A stretch of DNA of 64,000 nt from Candidatus Eiseniibacteriota bacterium (GTDB lineage: Bacteria; Eisenbacteria; RBG-16-71-46), in assembly GCA_044223005.1 (NCBI GenBank), contig JBGAML010000015.1, positions 32,001 to 96,000 on the forward strand, read 5' to 3'. Numbering within the stretch: position 1 is the stretch's first letter; each line of letters starts with the position of its first letter. The position numbers and the translations under genes are program-made. The notes below the pieces were generated by a model. That model saw nothing but the letters and a program-made list of their open reading frames with translations. It was not told the DNA's origin and did not search any database. This document shows positions 9,781 to 20,902 of this stretch, one piece after another.

Positions 9781-11115
9781 ATGGCGGGACGGAAGCTCCT
9801 CGTGTTGGGCGGAGGCTTCGGCGGCCTCGACGTCGTGCGCGCGATCGGACGGTCGCGCGTCGCGCGTGGTTACTGGGACACGCTCCTGGTCGACAAGGAG
9901 AACTTCTTCCAGTTCAACCCGCTGTTGCCCGCGGTCGCCGTGGGCGCCGTCGAGACGCGCCACATCGTCTGGCCGCTGCGCTCGATGGCCCGGCACCGGC
10001 ACGTGCGCTTCCACAAGAACAAGGTCATGCGCATCGACCTCGACCGGCGCACGGTCTCTCTGCACAACGGGCTCGAGGAGCGGTGGGACACCCTCGTCGT
10101 CGCGCTCGGGAGCGTGACGCACCATTTCGGCGTTCCCGGCGCGGCCGAGCACACCTATCCGTTCAAGACGATCGTCGACGCCATGACGCTGCGTGCGCGC
10201 GTCGTCGAACTCTTCGAGATGGCGGAGCAGGCGCAGGACGACGCGCAGAAGCGCCGGCTGCTCTCGTTCGTGGTGATCGGCGGCGGCGTCACGGGCTCCG
10301 AGGTCGCCGCGGAACTGATCGAGATGGCGCGCGAGACGCTGCTGCCGCGCTATCCCGCGCTGTCGGCGTCGCATCTCTCCGTCACGGTGCTGGAGGGCGC
10401 CGACCGCCTCGTGCCCGCGGCCCGTCCCGCGCACTCCGAGTACGTGCGCCGGCACCTCGAGCACCGGGGCGTGCGCGTCGAGCTCTCGGCGCGCGTCGTG
10501 CGCGTCGAGCCGCGGCGCGTGACGCTCGCCGACGGGCGGACGTTCGAGGCGTTCACGCTGCTCTGGACCGCGGGCGTGCGGCCGCCGGATCTCGTTCGGG
10601 AGCTGCCGCTCGCGCACGTGCCGGACGGGCGCGTGAAGGTGAACGAGTTCCTGCACCCGGTCGATCCCGAGGGCCGGCCGCGTGAGGACGTGTTCGTGAT
10701 CGGGGACTGCGCCGCCTCCGAGCGCCCCGACGGCCGGCTGCAGCCGCAGTTGTCGCAGACCGCCATCGCCATGGGCGCCCACGTGGGCAACGCGCTCGTG
10801 CGCCGCGCGCGCGGGCTCGCGCCGCGGCCGTTCCGGTTCCGCGACGCCGGCTACATCATCTCGCTCGGCAAGCACAGCTCGGTGCTCGAGCTGTTCGGCG
10901 TGCCGCTCTCGGGCCGGCTCGCGTGGCTCGCGTGGGCGGCCGCCTACCTCGTCAAGATGGTGGGGCTCCGCAAGCAGATCGAAGTCGGCCTCGATCACTT
11001 GACGCACCTCGTGTTCGAGCACGACACGTCGCAGATCCTCGCCCGCCGCGCCGTGCTCACGGACGACGAGCTGGATCTCTCGCTGCGCGGCGACGGCGAC
11101 GGCTCGCGCCACTAG
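9781..11115 (+). CDS. ndh: Type II NADH:quinone oxidoreductase (NDH-2)
   Basis: GGGFGG FAD motif, second GGGVTGSEVAAEL motif, WTAGV, IGDCA, C-terminal amphipathic LSGRLAWLAW. Confidence 0.88.
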   Translation: MAGRKLLVLGGGFGGLDVVRAIGRSRVARGYWDTLLVDKENFFQFNPLLPAVAVGAVETRHIVWPLRSMARHRHVRFHKNKVMRIDLDRRTVSLHNGLEERWDTLVVALGSVTHHFGVPGAAEHTYPFKTIVDAMTLRARVVELFEMAEQAQDDAQKRRLLSFVVIGGGVTGSEVAAELIEMARETLLPRYPALSASHLSVTVLEGADRLVPAARPAHSEYVRRHLEHRGVRVELSARVVRVEPRRVTLADGRTFEAFTLLWTAGVRPPDLVRELPLAHVPDGRVKVNEFLHPVDPEGRPREDVFVIGDCAASERPDGRLQPQLSQTAIAMGAHVGNALVRRARGLAPRPFRFRDAGYIISLGKHSSVLELFGVPLSGRLAWLAWAAAYLVKMVGLRKQIEVGLDHLTHLVFEHDTSQILARRAVLTDDELDLSLRGDGDGSRH

Positions 11116-11237
11116 AAAACCCCGCCGCCGCGTCGCTTGCGGCCCGCCCCGGAGCGGCGCTCATGGGCCGGAGGCCGCGGGCCGAAAACCCCGTGGCGGC
11201 CCCGGATGCGGCCGCGACCGACTTCGACGGGGGGGCG

Positions 11238-12668
11238 ATGGATTCGTACGACCTGGTGGTGATGGGCAGCGGCCCGGGCGGGCAGCGCTGCGCGGTGCAG
11301 GCGGCCAAGCTGGGCAAGAAGGTGGCGCTCGTCGAGCGCCGGCGCGACGTCGGCGGCGTCTGCATCAACACCGGCACCATCCCCAGCAAGACGCTCCGCG
11401 AAGCGGTGCTCGACCTCTCCGGCCTTCGCCAGCGCCGTCTCTACGGCGAGGAGTTCGCGCCCCGTCGGCGTCCCACCGCGAAGGACCTGCTCGCCCGCGC
11501 GCAGGAGGTCATGCTCGCCGAGCGCGACGTGATCCGCGACCAGCTGACCCGCAACGGCATCACGCTGCTGGGCGGCGACGCCTCGTTCGCGGCACCGCAC
11601 ACCGTGCGGATCCAGGACGGCGGTGACGCGCAGACCGTGCAGGCGGCCAACGTGGCGATCGCGGTCGGCACCGTGCCGGGCCTGCCGGCGGGCATCCAGG
11701 TGGACCACCGAGTCGTGCTCACGAGCGACGACCTGCTCGAGATGACGGTGCTGCCCCGGCAGACCATGGTCGTCGGCGCGGGCATCATCGGCCTCGAGTA
11801 CGGCTGCATGCTCGCGGCACTCGGCGTGAAGGTGACGCTCGTGGACCAGCGCACGCAGATCCTCGAGATGGTCGACCGCGAGATCGTCGACGCGTTCTCG
11901 TTCCACGCGCGCGAGATGGGCCTCACGTTCCGGCTCGGCGAGCAGGTCGCCGGCATCGAGATCGCGGCCAACGGTGCGGCCGTCGTCACCATGCGCAGCG
12001 GCAAGCGCGTCGTGGCGGAAACCGTGCTCGTCTCGGCCGGCCGGCAGGGCGCCACGGAAGGGCTCGCGCTCGAGAAGGCGGGGCTGAGCGCGGACGCGCG
12101 TGGCCGCATCGCGGTGAACGAGCACTACCAGACCGCGATGCCGCACATCTACGCGGTGGGCGACGTCGTGGGCTTCCCGGCGCTCGCGTCGACCAGCGCG
12201 GAGCAGGGCCGCCATGCAGCGTGCCACATGTTCGGCGTGGAGACGCGGAACCTGCCCGGGCTGTATCCCTACGGCATCTACGCGATCCCCGAGATCAGCT
12301 GGGTCGGCGCGACCGAGGCCGAGCTGACCGAGAAGGGTATCCCGTTCGAGACCGGCGTGGCGCGCTACAAGGAGATCGCGCGCGGCCACATCCTCGGCGA
12401 TCGCGACGGCATGCTGAAGATCCTCTTCGATCTCGACTCGCGCCACATCCTGGGCGTGTGGTGCATGGGCACGCAGGCGACCGAACTCGTGCACATCGGG
12501 CAGTCGGTGATGACGCTGGAGGGGACGCTGGACTACTTCGTGAACAACGTCTTCAACTACCCGACGCTCGCGGAGTGCTACAAGGTCGCGGCGCTGGACG
12601 GCTTCAACAAGCTCCGCGCGCTGGGCGCCGCGGTGCTCGATTCGGATCCCGAGCGCCGCGCCGCCTGA
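11238..12668 (+). CDS. sthA: Soluble pyridine nucleotide transhydrogenase
   Basis: GSGPGG, GGVCINTGTIPSKTLRE (CxxxGT in place of the disulfide), GIYAIPEIS, FNYPTLAECYKVAA. Confidence 0.93.
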   Translation: MDSYDLVVMGSGPGGQRCAVQAAKLGKKVALVERRRDVGGVCINTGTIPSKTLREAVLDLSGLRQRRLYGEEFAPRRRPTAKDLLARAQEVMLAERDVIRDQLTRNGITLLGGDASFAAPHTVRIQDGGDAQTVQAANVAIAVGTVPGLPAGIQVDHRVVLTSDDLLEMTVLPRQTMVVGAGIIGLEYGCMLAALGVKVTLVDQRTQILEMVDREIVDAFSFHAREMGLTFRLGEQVAGIEIAANGAAVVTMRSGKRVVAETVLVSAGRQGATEGLALEKAGLSADARGRIAVNEHYQTAMPHIYAVGDVVGFPALASTSAEQGRHAACHMFGVETRNLPGLYPYGIYAIPEISWVGATEAELTEKGIPFETGVARYKEIARGHILGDRDGMLKILFDLDSRHILGVWCMGTQATELVHIGQSVMTLEGTLDYFVNNVFNYPTLAECYKVAALDGFNKLRALGAAVLDSDPERRAA

Positions 12669-12771
12669 CGGCGGCCGGCGCCGTTCGCCCCGCCGCGTGA
12701 CCGTTCCTTGTCCTCGCCGCGCGCCGCGCGGCGCGCCACCCGCCCGGGCGTTCGCGCCCGAGGAGCCGGTC

Positions 12772-14172
12772 ATGCCCGATTTCCGCATCGAGAAAGACAG
12801 CCTCGGTGAAATGAAGGTGCCCGCGTCCGCGATGTACGGACCGCAGACGCAGCGCGCCGTCGAGAACTTCCCCGTCTCCGGCCAGCCCATGCCGCCGGCA
12901 TTCGTGCACACGCTCGGCCTCGTGAAGGCGGCCGCCGCGCGCGTGAACGCCGAACTGGGCACGGTCGACCGCGAGATCGCGAAGGCGATCGAGCAGGCCG
13001 CGAACGAGGTCGCCGAAGGGAAGTGGGACGCGCAGTTCCCGATCGACGTATTCCAGACGGGCAGCGGCACGAGCTCGAACATGAACGCCAACGAGGTGAT
13101 CGCGCACCGCGCGAGCGAGATCCTCGGCCGCAAGGTGCACCCCAACGACCACGTCAACTTCGGCCAGAGCAGCAACGACGTGATCCCGACCGTGCTGCAC
13201 GTGGCGGCCGTGGTCGAGATCGAGCGTGACCTGCTGCCGGCGCTGGCGCAGCTCTGGAAGGTGCTCGACGCCAAGGCGACCGAGTTCCACGCGGTGATGA
13301 AGTCGGGACGCACGCACCTCATGGACGCGACGCCGATCCGGCTCGGCCAGGAGTTCGGCGGCTACGCCTCGCAGTTGCAGCACGGCATCGCGCGCGTGAA
13401 GGCGACGCTGCCCGACCTGCGCGAACTGGCGATCGGCGGGACCGCCGTGGGCACCGGTCTCAACACGCACCCCGAGTTCGGCCGCCGCATGGCCGCCGAG
13501 ATCGGCAAGCTCGCCGGCACCGCGTTCTCGGAGGCATCGAACCACTTCGAGGCGCAGGGCGCCCAGGACGGCGCGTGCTGGGCGAGCGGCGCGCTCAACT
13601 CCGTCGCGGCGAGCCTGATGAAGATCGCCAACGACGTTCGGCTCATGGGTAGCGGCCCGCGCTGCGGGCTCGGCGAGGTCACGCTGCCGGCGATCCAGCC
13701 GGGCTCGAGCATCATGCCCGGCAAGGTGAACCCCGTGATCTGCGAATCCGTGATGCAGGTGGGCGCGCAGGTGATGGGCAACCACGTCGCGGTGACGCTC
13801 GGCGCGCAGTGGGGACAGCTCGACCTGAACACCATGCTGCCGGTGATCGCGCGCAACCTGCTCGAGAGCGTGCGGCTGCTCGCGGCGGTGTCACGCGTGT
13901 TCGCGGACAAGGCGCTCTCCGGGCTCGTCGCCAACGTCGACACGTGCCGCGACTACATCGAGATCTCGCCCAGCATGGCGACGGCGCTCAACCCGCTGAT
14001 CGGCTACGACAAGGCCGCCGAGATCGCGAAGCGCTCGTTCAAGGATCGCAAGCCGGTGCGCGAGCTCGCCCGCGAGATGACGCAGCTCTCGCCGGCCGAG
14101 ATCGACGCGGCGCTCGATCCGGCACGCCAGACGCAGCCCGGTCTCGAACTGGGCGGCGGCGCCGGAGGCTGA
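12772..14172 (+). CDS. fumC: Class II fumarate hydratase
   Basis: RIEKDSLG, FQTGSGTSSNMN, GRTHLMDATP, GSSIMPGKVNP; SD AGGAG. Confidence 0.95.
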   Translation: MPDFRIEKDSLGEMKVPASAMYGPQTQRAVENFPVSGQPMPPAFVHTLGLVKAAAARVNAELGTVDREIAKAIEQAANEVAEGKWDAQFPIDVFQTGSGTSSNMNANEVIAHRASEILGRKVHPNDHVNFGQSSNDVIPTVLHVAAVVEIERDLLPALAQLWKVLDAKATEFHAVMKSGRTHLMDATPIRLGQEFGGYASQLQHGIARVKATLPDLRELAIGGTAVGTGLNTHPEFGRRMAAEIGKLAGTAFSEASNHFEAQGAQDGACWASGALNSVAASLMKIANDVRLMGSGPRCGLGEVTLPAIQPGSSIMPGKVNPVICESVMQVGAQVMGNHVAVTLGAQWGQLDLNTMLPVIARNLLESVRLLAAVSRVFADKALSGLVANVDTCRDYIEISPSMATALNPLIGYDKAAEIAKRSFKDRKPVRELAREMTQLSPAEIDAALDPARQTQPGLELGGGAGG

Positions 14173-14177
14173 TCGCC

Positions 14178-15170
14178 GTGAGCGGGACCGCGGGCGAGAC
14201 GCCCGTGCCCTCGCACGAGGAGCTGGCCGCGCGCTTCGCCGAAGCGCGCGGCCGTGTCGCGGCCGCCGCGCACCGCACGCCGGTCGCCACGTCGCGCACA
14301 CTGGACGCCCGCCTCGGCGCGCCCGCGGGGCTCAAGTGCGAGAACCTCCAGCGCATGGGCGCGTTCAAGTTCCGCGGCGCATGGAACTTCCTCGCGCAGC
14401 GCCCGCGGGCCGAGATCGCGAACGGCGTGGTCGCGTATTCCTCGGGCAATCACGCGCAGGCCGTGGCGCTCGTGGCGCGTGAACTGGGCGTGCCGGCCGT
14501 GATCGTGATGCCGAGCACCGCGCCCGCCCCCAAGCTCGCGGCGACGCGCGGCTACGGCGCCGAGATCGTCCACTACGACGTGCTCGGCGAGCCGCGCGAA
14601 GCGGTCGCGGCGCGCCTCGCGCGCGAGCGCGGCCTCGTGCTCGTGCCGCCGTTCGATCATCCCGACATCCTGCTGGGGCAGGGGACCGCGACGGCGGAGC
14701 TGATCGAGGACTGGGGCGCGCCCGAGATCCTGCTCGTACCACTCGGCGGCGGCGGCCTGCTCTCCGGATCGGCGCTCGCGGCGAACCTGCTCGCGCCCGG
14801 CTGCCGCGTGATCGGCGTCGAGCCGGAGGCGGGTGACGACGGCGCGCGCTCGTTCCGGAGCGGACGCCTGGAGCGCGTGGAGCATCCGGACACGATCGCC
14901 GACGGCGCGCGAACGCCGTCGCTGAGCGCGCTCACGCTCGAACTGGTCCGTCGCTACGCGCACGACGTGGTCACCGTCCCCGACGAGCAGCTCCTGGAGG
15001 CGATGCGGTTCCTCTGGGAGCGGATGAAGCTCGTGGTCGAGCCGACCGGCGCTCTCGGGCTGGCGGCCGCGCTCGCGGGTCGCGTGGACGTGCGGGGGCG
15101 GAAGACCGCCGTGATCCTCTCCGGCGGAAACGTCGATTTCGCGGCGATTTCGCCCCGTCTCTTCGCCTGA
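14178..15170 (+). CDS. PLP-dependent threonine dehydratase/serine racemase family ammonia-lyase
   Basis: KCENLQRMGAFKFRGA, SSGNHAQ, PLGGGGL, TIADGA, VEPTGA, SGGN. Confidence 0.9.
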   Translation: MSGTAGETPVPSHEELAARFAEARGRVAAAAHRTPVATSRTLDARLGAPAGLKCENLQRMGAFKFRGAWNFLAQRPRAEIANGVVAYSSGNHAQAVALVARELGVPAVIVMPSTAPAPKLAATRGYGAEIVHYDVLGEPREAVAARLARERGLVLVPPFDHPDILLGQGTATAELIEDWGAPEILLVPLGGGGLLSGSALAANLLAPGCRVIGVEPEAGDDGARSFRSGRLERVEHPDTIADGARTPSLSALTLELVRRYAHDVVTVPDEQLLEAMRFLWERMKLVVEPTGALGLAAALAGRVDVRGRKTAVILSGGNVDFAAISPRLFA

Positions 15171-15312
15171 CCCGCGAACGCGCCCTCGCGCGTGCCCCCG
15201 TCTCATGGATGCGGCGTTTCCGCCGATACTTCGGGGCTGAACGAACCGAGGCGCGGACAAGGCCCCCTGCGCGCCCCGGCTCCCACCTATTCCGGGAACG
15301 GATTCGACGCCG

Positions 15313-18300
15313 ATGCTGCAGGCGCTGGGACTCGGTCGCGTGCGGGACGCCGCGCATCCCCTGACGGGGAGGCCCGCATTCCGTCGTACGCGCGCGGGCC
15401 ACGTCGGCTTGATGCTGGCTCTCGCCGCGCCCGGGGTCGTCGGCCTCGTCGCCGCGGTGCTCGCGGTCCACGTGTTCCGCTCGAACGCCCACGACCTGCT
15501 CGTCACCGATGTCGCTTCGCGGCTCGGCCGTGAGGCCCGCGAGCTCCAGTGGGACGGCGTCCGCGCGCAGTCCGGTTCGCCGATGAGCCCGGATCACGCC
15601 CTGATCGACGTCGCGGCGATCGATGCCGAGTTCGCCCGCCTGCCCGACGCCATCGCGCGGGGAGCGACGCCGGTCGGCGACGTGAACTCGAAGGTCGTGC
15701 AGGCCGAATGGGAGCGCTGGCGAGCCTGGTCGGCGTTGCGGCCCGAACTGGTCCGAATCGGTGCCGGGGGGCGGCTCGACGAGGAAGGGATCACGCGATT
15801 CGCGGCCCTCGCCTCGGCGTTCGAGCACAGCGCGGCGGGTGCCGCGGAGGTGGAGAGCGCCCAACTCGCGATGCAGATCGGCGTCCACACGCGCTGGCTC
15901 GTGTGGATGCTCGTGATCCAGGTCGCGGGCTTGCTGCTCGCCGCGGGTCTCAAGCTGCTCGACCAGCGCCGCCTGGCGGCCGCGGAACTCGTCCTGCGCC
16001 GGCTCTCGGCGATCAACGAACACACGCGCGCGAGTGTGGCGCTCTGTGCGCCCGACGGCCGGATCGACTGGGCCAACGCCGCGTTCGTCCAGAGCGCCGG
16101 CCTGGCGCACGGCGAGGTCATCGGACGCAAGCTCGACGAGGTCCTCGCGCCCAAGGAGCGCGATGGCGAGGCGATGCGGATCCTGCGGCGCGCGTGGCTC
16201 TCGCGCAGCGGCGCCTCGGGAGAAATGGAACTCGCGCGCTCGGACGGCTCGTCGCTCTGGGTGGCGGCCGAACTCGTGCCGATGGCGAACGACGAGGGCT
16301 CGATCGAGCGATTCGCTGTCATCTTCACCGACGTGACGCCGCGCGTCACGGCCGCGCAGGCGCTCGAGACGAGCGAGGCGCGCTTCCGTGGCGCACTCGG
16401 CGCGATGACCGAGGGCCTCCTCATTCTCGACGCCGACGATCGGATCGTCGGGGCGAACACCGCCGCCGAGTCGATTCTCGGGGTCCCGCCGGGCAGCCTG
16501 CTCGGCCAGCAGGCCGATCCCTCTCGCAGCCCCCTGGTGCGGCCGGACGGTACTCGCCTGCCTCCCGAGGAGACTCCCTACTTCGTCACGCGGCGCACCG
16601 GCCGTTCGCTGCGCGGCATCGTGCTCGGTCACACGCGTCCCGATGGCGAACTGCGCTGGATCGAGTTCACGACCGCGCTGGTCCGGCTCCCGGGGGACGA
16701 TCGGCCGGGCATGGTTTCGACGTTCGTGGACGTGACGGAGAAGCGCCAGGCCGATGCCGAGATCCAGCGGCTCACCCGAGTGGTGGAACAGAGCCCGGTA
16801 CTGGTGATGATCACGGACCGCGAGCACCGCATCGAATACGTGAACCGCGCGTTCGAGAATCGGACCGGCTGGTCGCTCGACGAGGTTCGCGGCCGCACAT
16901 CCGCGTTCATGCTGTCGTCGCGCACCGATCCGGCGGCCTTCGCGAACGTGCTCGAGGAACTCGCCCGCCAGGGCGAATGGTGCAGTGAGATCTGGAACGT
17001 CGCGCGCGATGGCTCCGAATGGCTCGCGCTCTCGCATGCGTACCCGCTGCGCGGCGAGGACGGTCGCGACAGCTACGTCGCGCTGCTGGAGGACATCACC
17101 GAGCAGCGCCGCCGCGAGGACGAACTCGCGCGGGCGCGCGAGGAAGCCGTTGCGGCGTCGAAGGCGAAGAGCGAATTCCTCCAGAACATGAGCCACGAGC
17201 TGCACACTCCGCTCAACGGCATCCTGGGCATGGCTGAACTGCTGCTCGAGACCCCGCTCGACGACTGTCAGCGGGCCGACCTCATGCAGGTGTGCCGCTC
17301 GGCGCGCGACCTGCACACGCTGATCAACCACCTGTTCGACTTCGCCCGTCTCGAGGACGGCGCCACCGCTGCGCAGTCCGTCCCGTTCCGCCTCGGCGAT
17401 TGCCTCGAGAGCGTCACCCGGCGTTTCGCCGCGGACGCGGCAGAACGGGGCCTCGCCTGCGACGTCGAGATCGATCCCCGGCTTCCGGATGGCCTGCGCG
17501 GAGACCCGGCCGCGCTCGTGCGCGTCCTGCGCCTGCTCGCGGACAACGCGATCAAGTTCACCGAGACGGGCGGCGTGCGCATGCGCGTCCTCGCCGAACC
17601 GGGCCCCGGTGGCGACCCGCACGTGCGCTTCGAAGTGCACGACACCGGCATCGGGATCCCGCCGGAGCGGCAGAAGGCGATCTTCGAGGCGTTCTGGCAG
17701 GCCGACGGCTCGAGCACGCGCCGCTACGGCGGCGTGGGCCTGGGGCTCGCGCTCGCGTCCAAGCTCGTGCGACTCATGGGGGGACGGCTCTCCGTCGCGA
17801 GCGAGCCCGGCCGGGGCAGCGTGTTCTCGTTCTCGGTGCCCCTGCACGACGCGGGCGAGATGGATGCGCGGCCGGAACTCCGTCCCGAGTCGCCGGGGGC
17901 CGCGAGCGCGAACGGCGGACCGTGTCGCGCGCTGGTCGTCGACGACAACGCCGTCAATCGCCGCGTCGCGTCACGACTGCTCGGACGGGTGGCGTTCGAG
18001 GTGACGACCGCCAACGATGGGCTGGAGGCCGTACAACGCTACTGCGACGGCGACTGGGACATCGTGCTCATGGACGTCCAGATGCCGCAGCTCGATGGGA
18101 TCGAGGCGACGCGGCGCATCCGGGCATTCGAGCGCGAAGCATGCGTTCGGCGCGTGCCGATCCTCGCCGTCACCGCGAACACGCTGCAGGCGGACCTGCC
18201 CGCGCTGCGCGAAGCCGGCATGGACGATCTGGTGCCCAAGCCGGTCGCGCCCGAGCAGCTCTACGCCGCGATGACGCGCCTGCTCGGACGGCCGATCGTG

Positions 18301-18339
18301 CCGGCGGACGGATCCGCCGCCGAATCGCGCGCCGCCTGA
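15313..18339 (+). CDS. Membrane-anchored hybrid sensor histidine kinase (3 PAS, HisKA, HATPase, receiver)
   Basis: Two TM segments, three PAS/PAC repeats, [12 protein letters not shown]-box, NAIKFT, DTGIGI, GLGL, receiver LVVDDN...LMDVQMP...KP. Start uncertain (alternative 15412). Confidence 0.92.
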   Translation: MLQALGLGRVRDAAHPLTGRPAFRRTRAGHVGLMLALAAPGVVGLVAAVLAVHVFRSNAHDLLVTDVASRLGREARELQWDGVRAQSGSPMSPDHALIDVAAIDAEFARLPDAIARGATPVGDVNSKVVQAEWERWRAWSALRPELVRIGAGGRLDEEGITRFAALASAFEHSAAGAAEVESAQLAMQIGVHTRWLVWMLVIQVAGLLLAAGLKLLDQRRLAAAELVLRRLSAINEHTRASVALCAPDGRIDWANAAFVQSAGLAHGEVIGRKLDEVLAPKERDGEAMRILRRAWLSRSGASGEMELARSDGSSLWVAAELVPMANDEGSIERFAVIFTDVTPRVTAAQALETSEARFRGALGAMTEGLLILDADDRIVGANTAAESILGVPPGSLLGQQADPSRSPLVRPDGTRLPPEETPYFVTRRTGRSLRGIVLGHTRPDGELRWIEFTTALVRLPGDDRPGMVSTFVDVTEKRQADAEIQRLTRVVEQSPVLVMITDREHRIEYVNRAFENRTGWSLDEVRGRTSAFMLSSRTDPAAFANVLEELARQGEWCSEIWNVARDGSEWLALSHAYPLRGEDGRDSYVALLEDITEQRRREDELARAREEAVAASKAKSEFLQNMSHELHTPLNGILGMAELLLETPLDDCQRADLMQVCRSARDLHTLINHLFDFARLEDGATAAQSVPFRLGDCLESVTRRFAADAAERGLACDVEIDPRLPDGLRGDPAALVRVLRLLADNAIKFTETGGVRMRVLAEPGPGGDPHVRFEVHDTGIGIPPERQKAIFEAFWQADGSSTRRYGGVGLGLALASKLVRLMGGRLSVASEPGRGSVFSFSVPLHDAGEMDARPELRPESPGAASANGGPCRALVVDDNAVNRRVASRLLGRVAFEVTTANDGLEAVQRYCDGDWDIVLMDVQMPQLDGIEATRRIRAFEREACVRRVPILAVTANTLQADLPALREAGMDDLVPKPVAPEQLYAAMTRLLGRPIVPADGSAAESRAA

Positions 18340-18355
18340 CGCGAGCGCGGGCCGC

Positions 18356-19555
18356 TCAGAGCCCCGTGACGCCCGCGTCGCGCAGGGCGTCCCGCAGGTC
18401 GTCCTCCGGGTGCAGGCCCAGCAGGACCTGAGCGACCTTGCCGTCCGCTCCCACGATCACGGTGAGCGGAATCGACGACGCCCCGTAGAGCTGGCCCACC
18501 TTGCCGTCGCGGTCGAGCAGCACGGGCACCGTGACCCCGGCCTCCTTGAGGAAGTCGCGGATCTCCTGGGGCTGGTCGCGCTCGTTGACGGCGAAGAAGC
18601 GGACGTTGCGGCCCTTCAGTTCGCGCTCGAGCTTCGCGACGATCGGCATCCAGCGGCGGCACGGTCCGCACCACGTCGCCCAGAAGTCGAGCACGACCAC
18701 CTTGCCGCGCAGCGCCCGCAACGACACGCGCGTGGTCCCCGCGAGGTTGGCGAGCGTGAACTCCGGCGCCGGCTTGCCCTCGAGATCCGGACCTTCCGCG
18801 CCGGGCCGCTGCGGCTGGCGCACGCGCTTGAAGTCCGCCGGCACCGCGAGCGTGTAGAGCGCGTCCGGGCCGCCGCTCGTGACGTCGGCCAGCGCGAAAC
18901 GCAGCCCCTGCTCGAGGCCCGCGTGGCCGCCGGCACCGGAACTGGTCACCGAGATCGAATCGCGCAGCACGATCATGCGGGCTTCGTCCACCCAGAGCGA
19001 ACGCGCCATGGTGCTGGTCGCGCCGCCGCGCGACTGAGGGATGTAGGCGAGTTCTATCCGGCGGCAGTCCACCGGGCCCGCCGACGTGACGACGGTGTCG
19101 CGCCCGGCGTCGGTCGCGCTCGTCACGTTGGCCGCGAGGTCGCCGAAGAAGCGCATGGGCTTGAGCACGGAGGCGAGGTCGGAACTGTCGGGATTCGCGG
19201 GCACGCGACGCACCATGTACTGGCGCAGCGCCGGGAAGAGGACGCGCACCGAATCGCCGTCGGCCACGGTCGTCGTGCCCATCGCCGAGGAGCGGATCTC
19301 GTTCCGCACCCGCCCGGGGCCGCGGCCGGCGAACACGAACGGCGCTTCCGAGCGCGCGGGCGGCTCCAGCGAATCGCGCACCATCGCCGAGATCATCTGG
19401 CCTTCGAAATGGAAGGTGTGCAGCGTCGCGTAGCGCGCCGACAGCGAATCGAGCAGTGCCTGCGGCGCGAGGGCCGCGCGCGCCGGAACCCACGGCAGGA
19501 GCGCCCCGAGGATGGCGAAGGCGAGAACGGCGAAGCGGGACGTCGGGGCACGCAT
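18356..19555 (-). CDS. Exported TlpA-type thioredoxin (WCGPC) with N-terminal LolA-like domain
   Basis: Signal peptide ending ARA; C-terminal APEFTL...LDFWATWCGPC...SIP; N-terminal beta-rich LolA/DUF2092-like region. Confidence 0.8.
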   Translation of the reverse strand: MRAPTSRFAVLAFAILGALLPWVPARAALAPQALLDSLSARYATLHTFHFEGQMISAMVRDSLEPPARSEAPFVFAGRGPGRVRNEIRSSAMGTTTVADGDSVRVLFPALRQYMVRRVPANPDSSDLASVLKPMRFFGDLAANVTSATDAGRDTVVTSAGPVDCRRIELAYIPQSRGGATSTMARSLWVDEARMIVLRDSISVTSSGAGGHAGLEQGLRFALADVTSGGPDALYTLAVPADFKRVRQPQRPGAEGPDLEGKPAPEFTLANLAGTTRVSLRALRGKVVVLDFWATWCGPCRRWMPIVAKLERELKGRNVRFFAVNERDQPQEIRDFLKEAGVTVPVLLDRDGKVGQLYGASSIPLTVIVGADGKVAQVLLGLHPEDDLRDALRDAGVTGL

Positions 19556-19656
19556 GGCGGGATCTCCGATGGGCGCGGCGGGCAACGGGCCGGGGAAGGA
19601 TAGCGCAAGCGCCGGGCGGCGTGGGCCGCCCGGCGCCGGGTGATTTCCGCGGGCGT

Positions 19657-20796
19657 TCAGCGCTTCGCGCCCATCTCCTTCTCACGGGTGGCGATCGCGC
19701 CGAGCAGGTCGTCGTACGACTTGGCGAACGCGACCACGCCTTCGCCCTCCAGCTGGTCGATCAGGTCGTTCACCGGCACGCCCAGCTGCGGCAGGCGCGC
19801 GAACAGCGCGTGCGCGACGGGGAGGTCCTTGCGGATCCGGGCCTCGAGCACGCCGTGCTCGTTGTACGCCACCAGCGTCGCCGGCGGCATCGTGTTCACG
19901 GTGTCCGGGCCGATCAGCTCCTCGACGTAGAGCACGTCGCGGTACGTGGGGTTCTTGGTGCTGGTCGACGCCCAAAGCGGCCGCTGCACGTGCGCGCCCT
20001 TCGCCTTCAGCGTGGCGAAGCGGGACGAGCCGAACACCTTCTCGTACTCCTCGTAGGCGAGCCGCGCGTTGGCGACGGCGGCCTGGCCGCGCAGGGACTC
20101 CAGTTCGGTGCGCTCGGGCGAGCCGGCGGGCAGCGCTGCGGCGCGCTGCTCGATCGCGGCGTCCACCTTGCTGTCCACGCGCGAGATGAAGAACGAGGCG
20201 ACCGAGCGGATGCCCGCGAGGTCGCCACCGGCGGCGGCACGCTGCTCGAGGCCGGAAAGGTAGGCCTCCATCACCTCGCGATAGCGCGCGAGCGAGAAGA
20301 TCAGCGTCACGTTGACGCTGATTCCCGCGGCGGTCGCCGACGCGATCGCAGGCAGGCCTTCGCGGGTCGCCGGGATCTTGATCATGACGTTCGCGCGGTC
20401 GACCGCGGCGTACAGGCGCTTGGCGGCGGCCAGCGTGCCGGGGCCGTCGTGCGCGAGCCGCGGGCTCACCTCGATGCTCACGCGGCCGTCCATGCCGGCG
20501 GAGCCGTCGTAGACGGCGCGCAGCTGGTCGCACGCCATCTGGATGTCCTCGATCGCGAGCGACTCGAACAGCGCCTCACCCGAGAGCCCCTTCGCGACGC
20601 GTTCCGCCATGGCGGTGTCGTAGTCGGTGCTCTTGGCGATCGCCTGCTGGAAGATGGTCGGGTTGGAGGTCACCCCGACGACGCCGTCCTCGCGCACCTG
20701 GCGCGCGAACTCGCCCGAAACCAGCGGACCGCGGCGGATGAAATCGAGCCAGACGCTCTGGCCGAGCTTGAGAAGTTCCTGCGCGCGCGCGCTCAT
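19657..20796 (-). CDS. tal: Transaldolase
   Basis: GQSVWLD, GVTSNPTIF, VSIEVSP, MIKIPAT, NVTLIFS, ASFFISRVD, RPLWASTSTKNP; SD GGAG. Confidence 0.96.
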   Translation of the reverse strand: MSARAQELLKLGQSVWLDFIRRGPLVSGEFARQVREDGVVGVTSNPTIFQQAIAKSTDYDTAMAERVAKGLSGEALFESLAIEDIQMACDQLRAVYDGSAGMDGRVSIEVSPRLAHDGPGTLAAAKRLYAAVDRANVMIKIPATREGLPAIASATAAGISVNVTLIFSLARYREVMEAYLSGLEQRAAAGGDLAGIRSVASFFISRVDSKVDAAIEQRAAALPAGSPERTELESLRGQAAVANARLAYEEYEKVFGSSRFATLKAKGAHVQRPLWASTSTKNPTYRDVLYVEELIGPDTVNTMPPATLVAYNEHGVLEARIRKDLPVAHALFARLPQLGVPVNDLIDQLEGEGVVAFAKSYDDLLGAIATREKEMGAKR

Positions 20797-20902
20797 GTGC
20801 CGCTCTCCTCCTGGAATGTGGACCCTGTCGCGATCGTGGCGTTCGCCGCCGAAGATGCGCCCGGGGCGCGGCCGGCGCAAGGCCGGCGCGCCCGGCGGGC
20901 GA

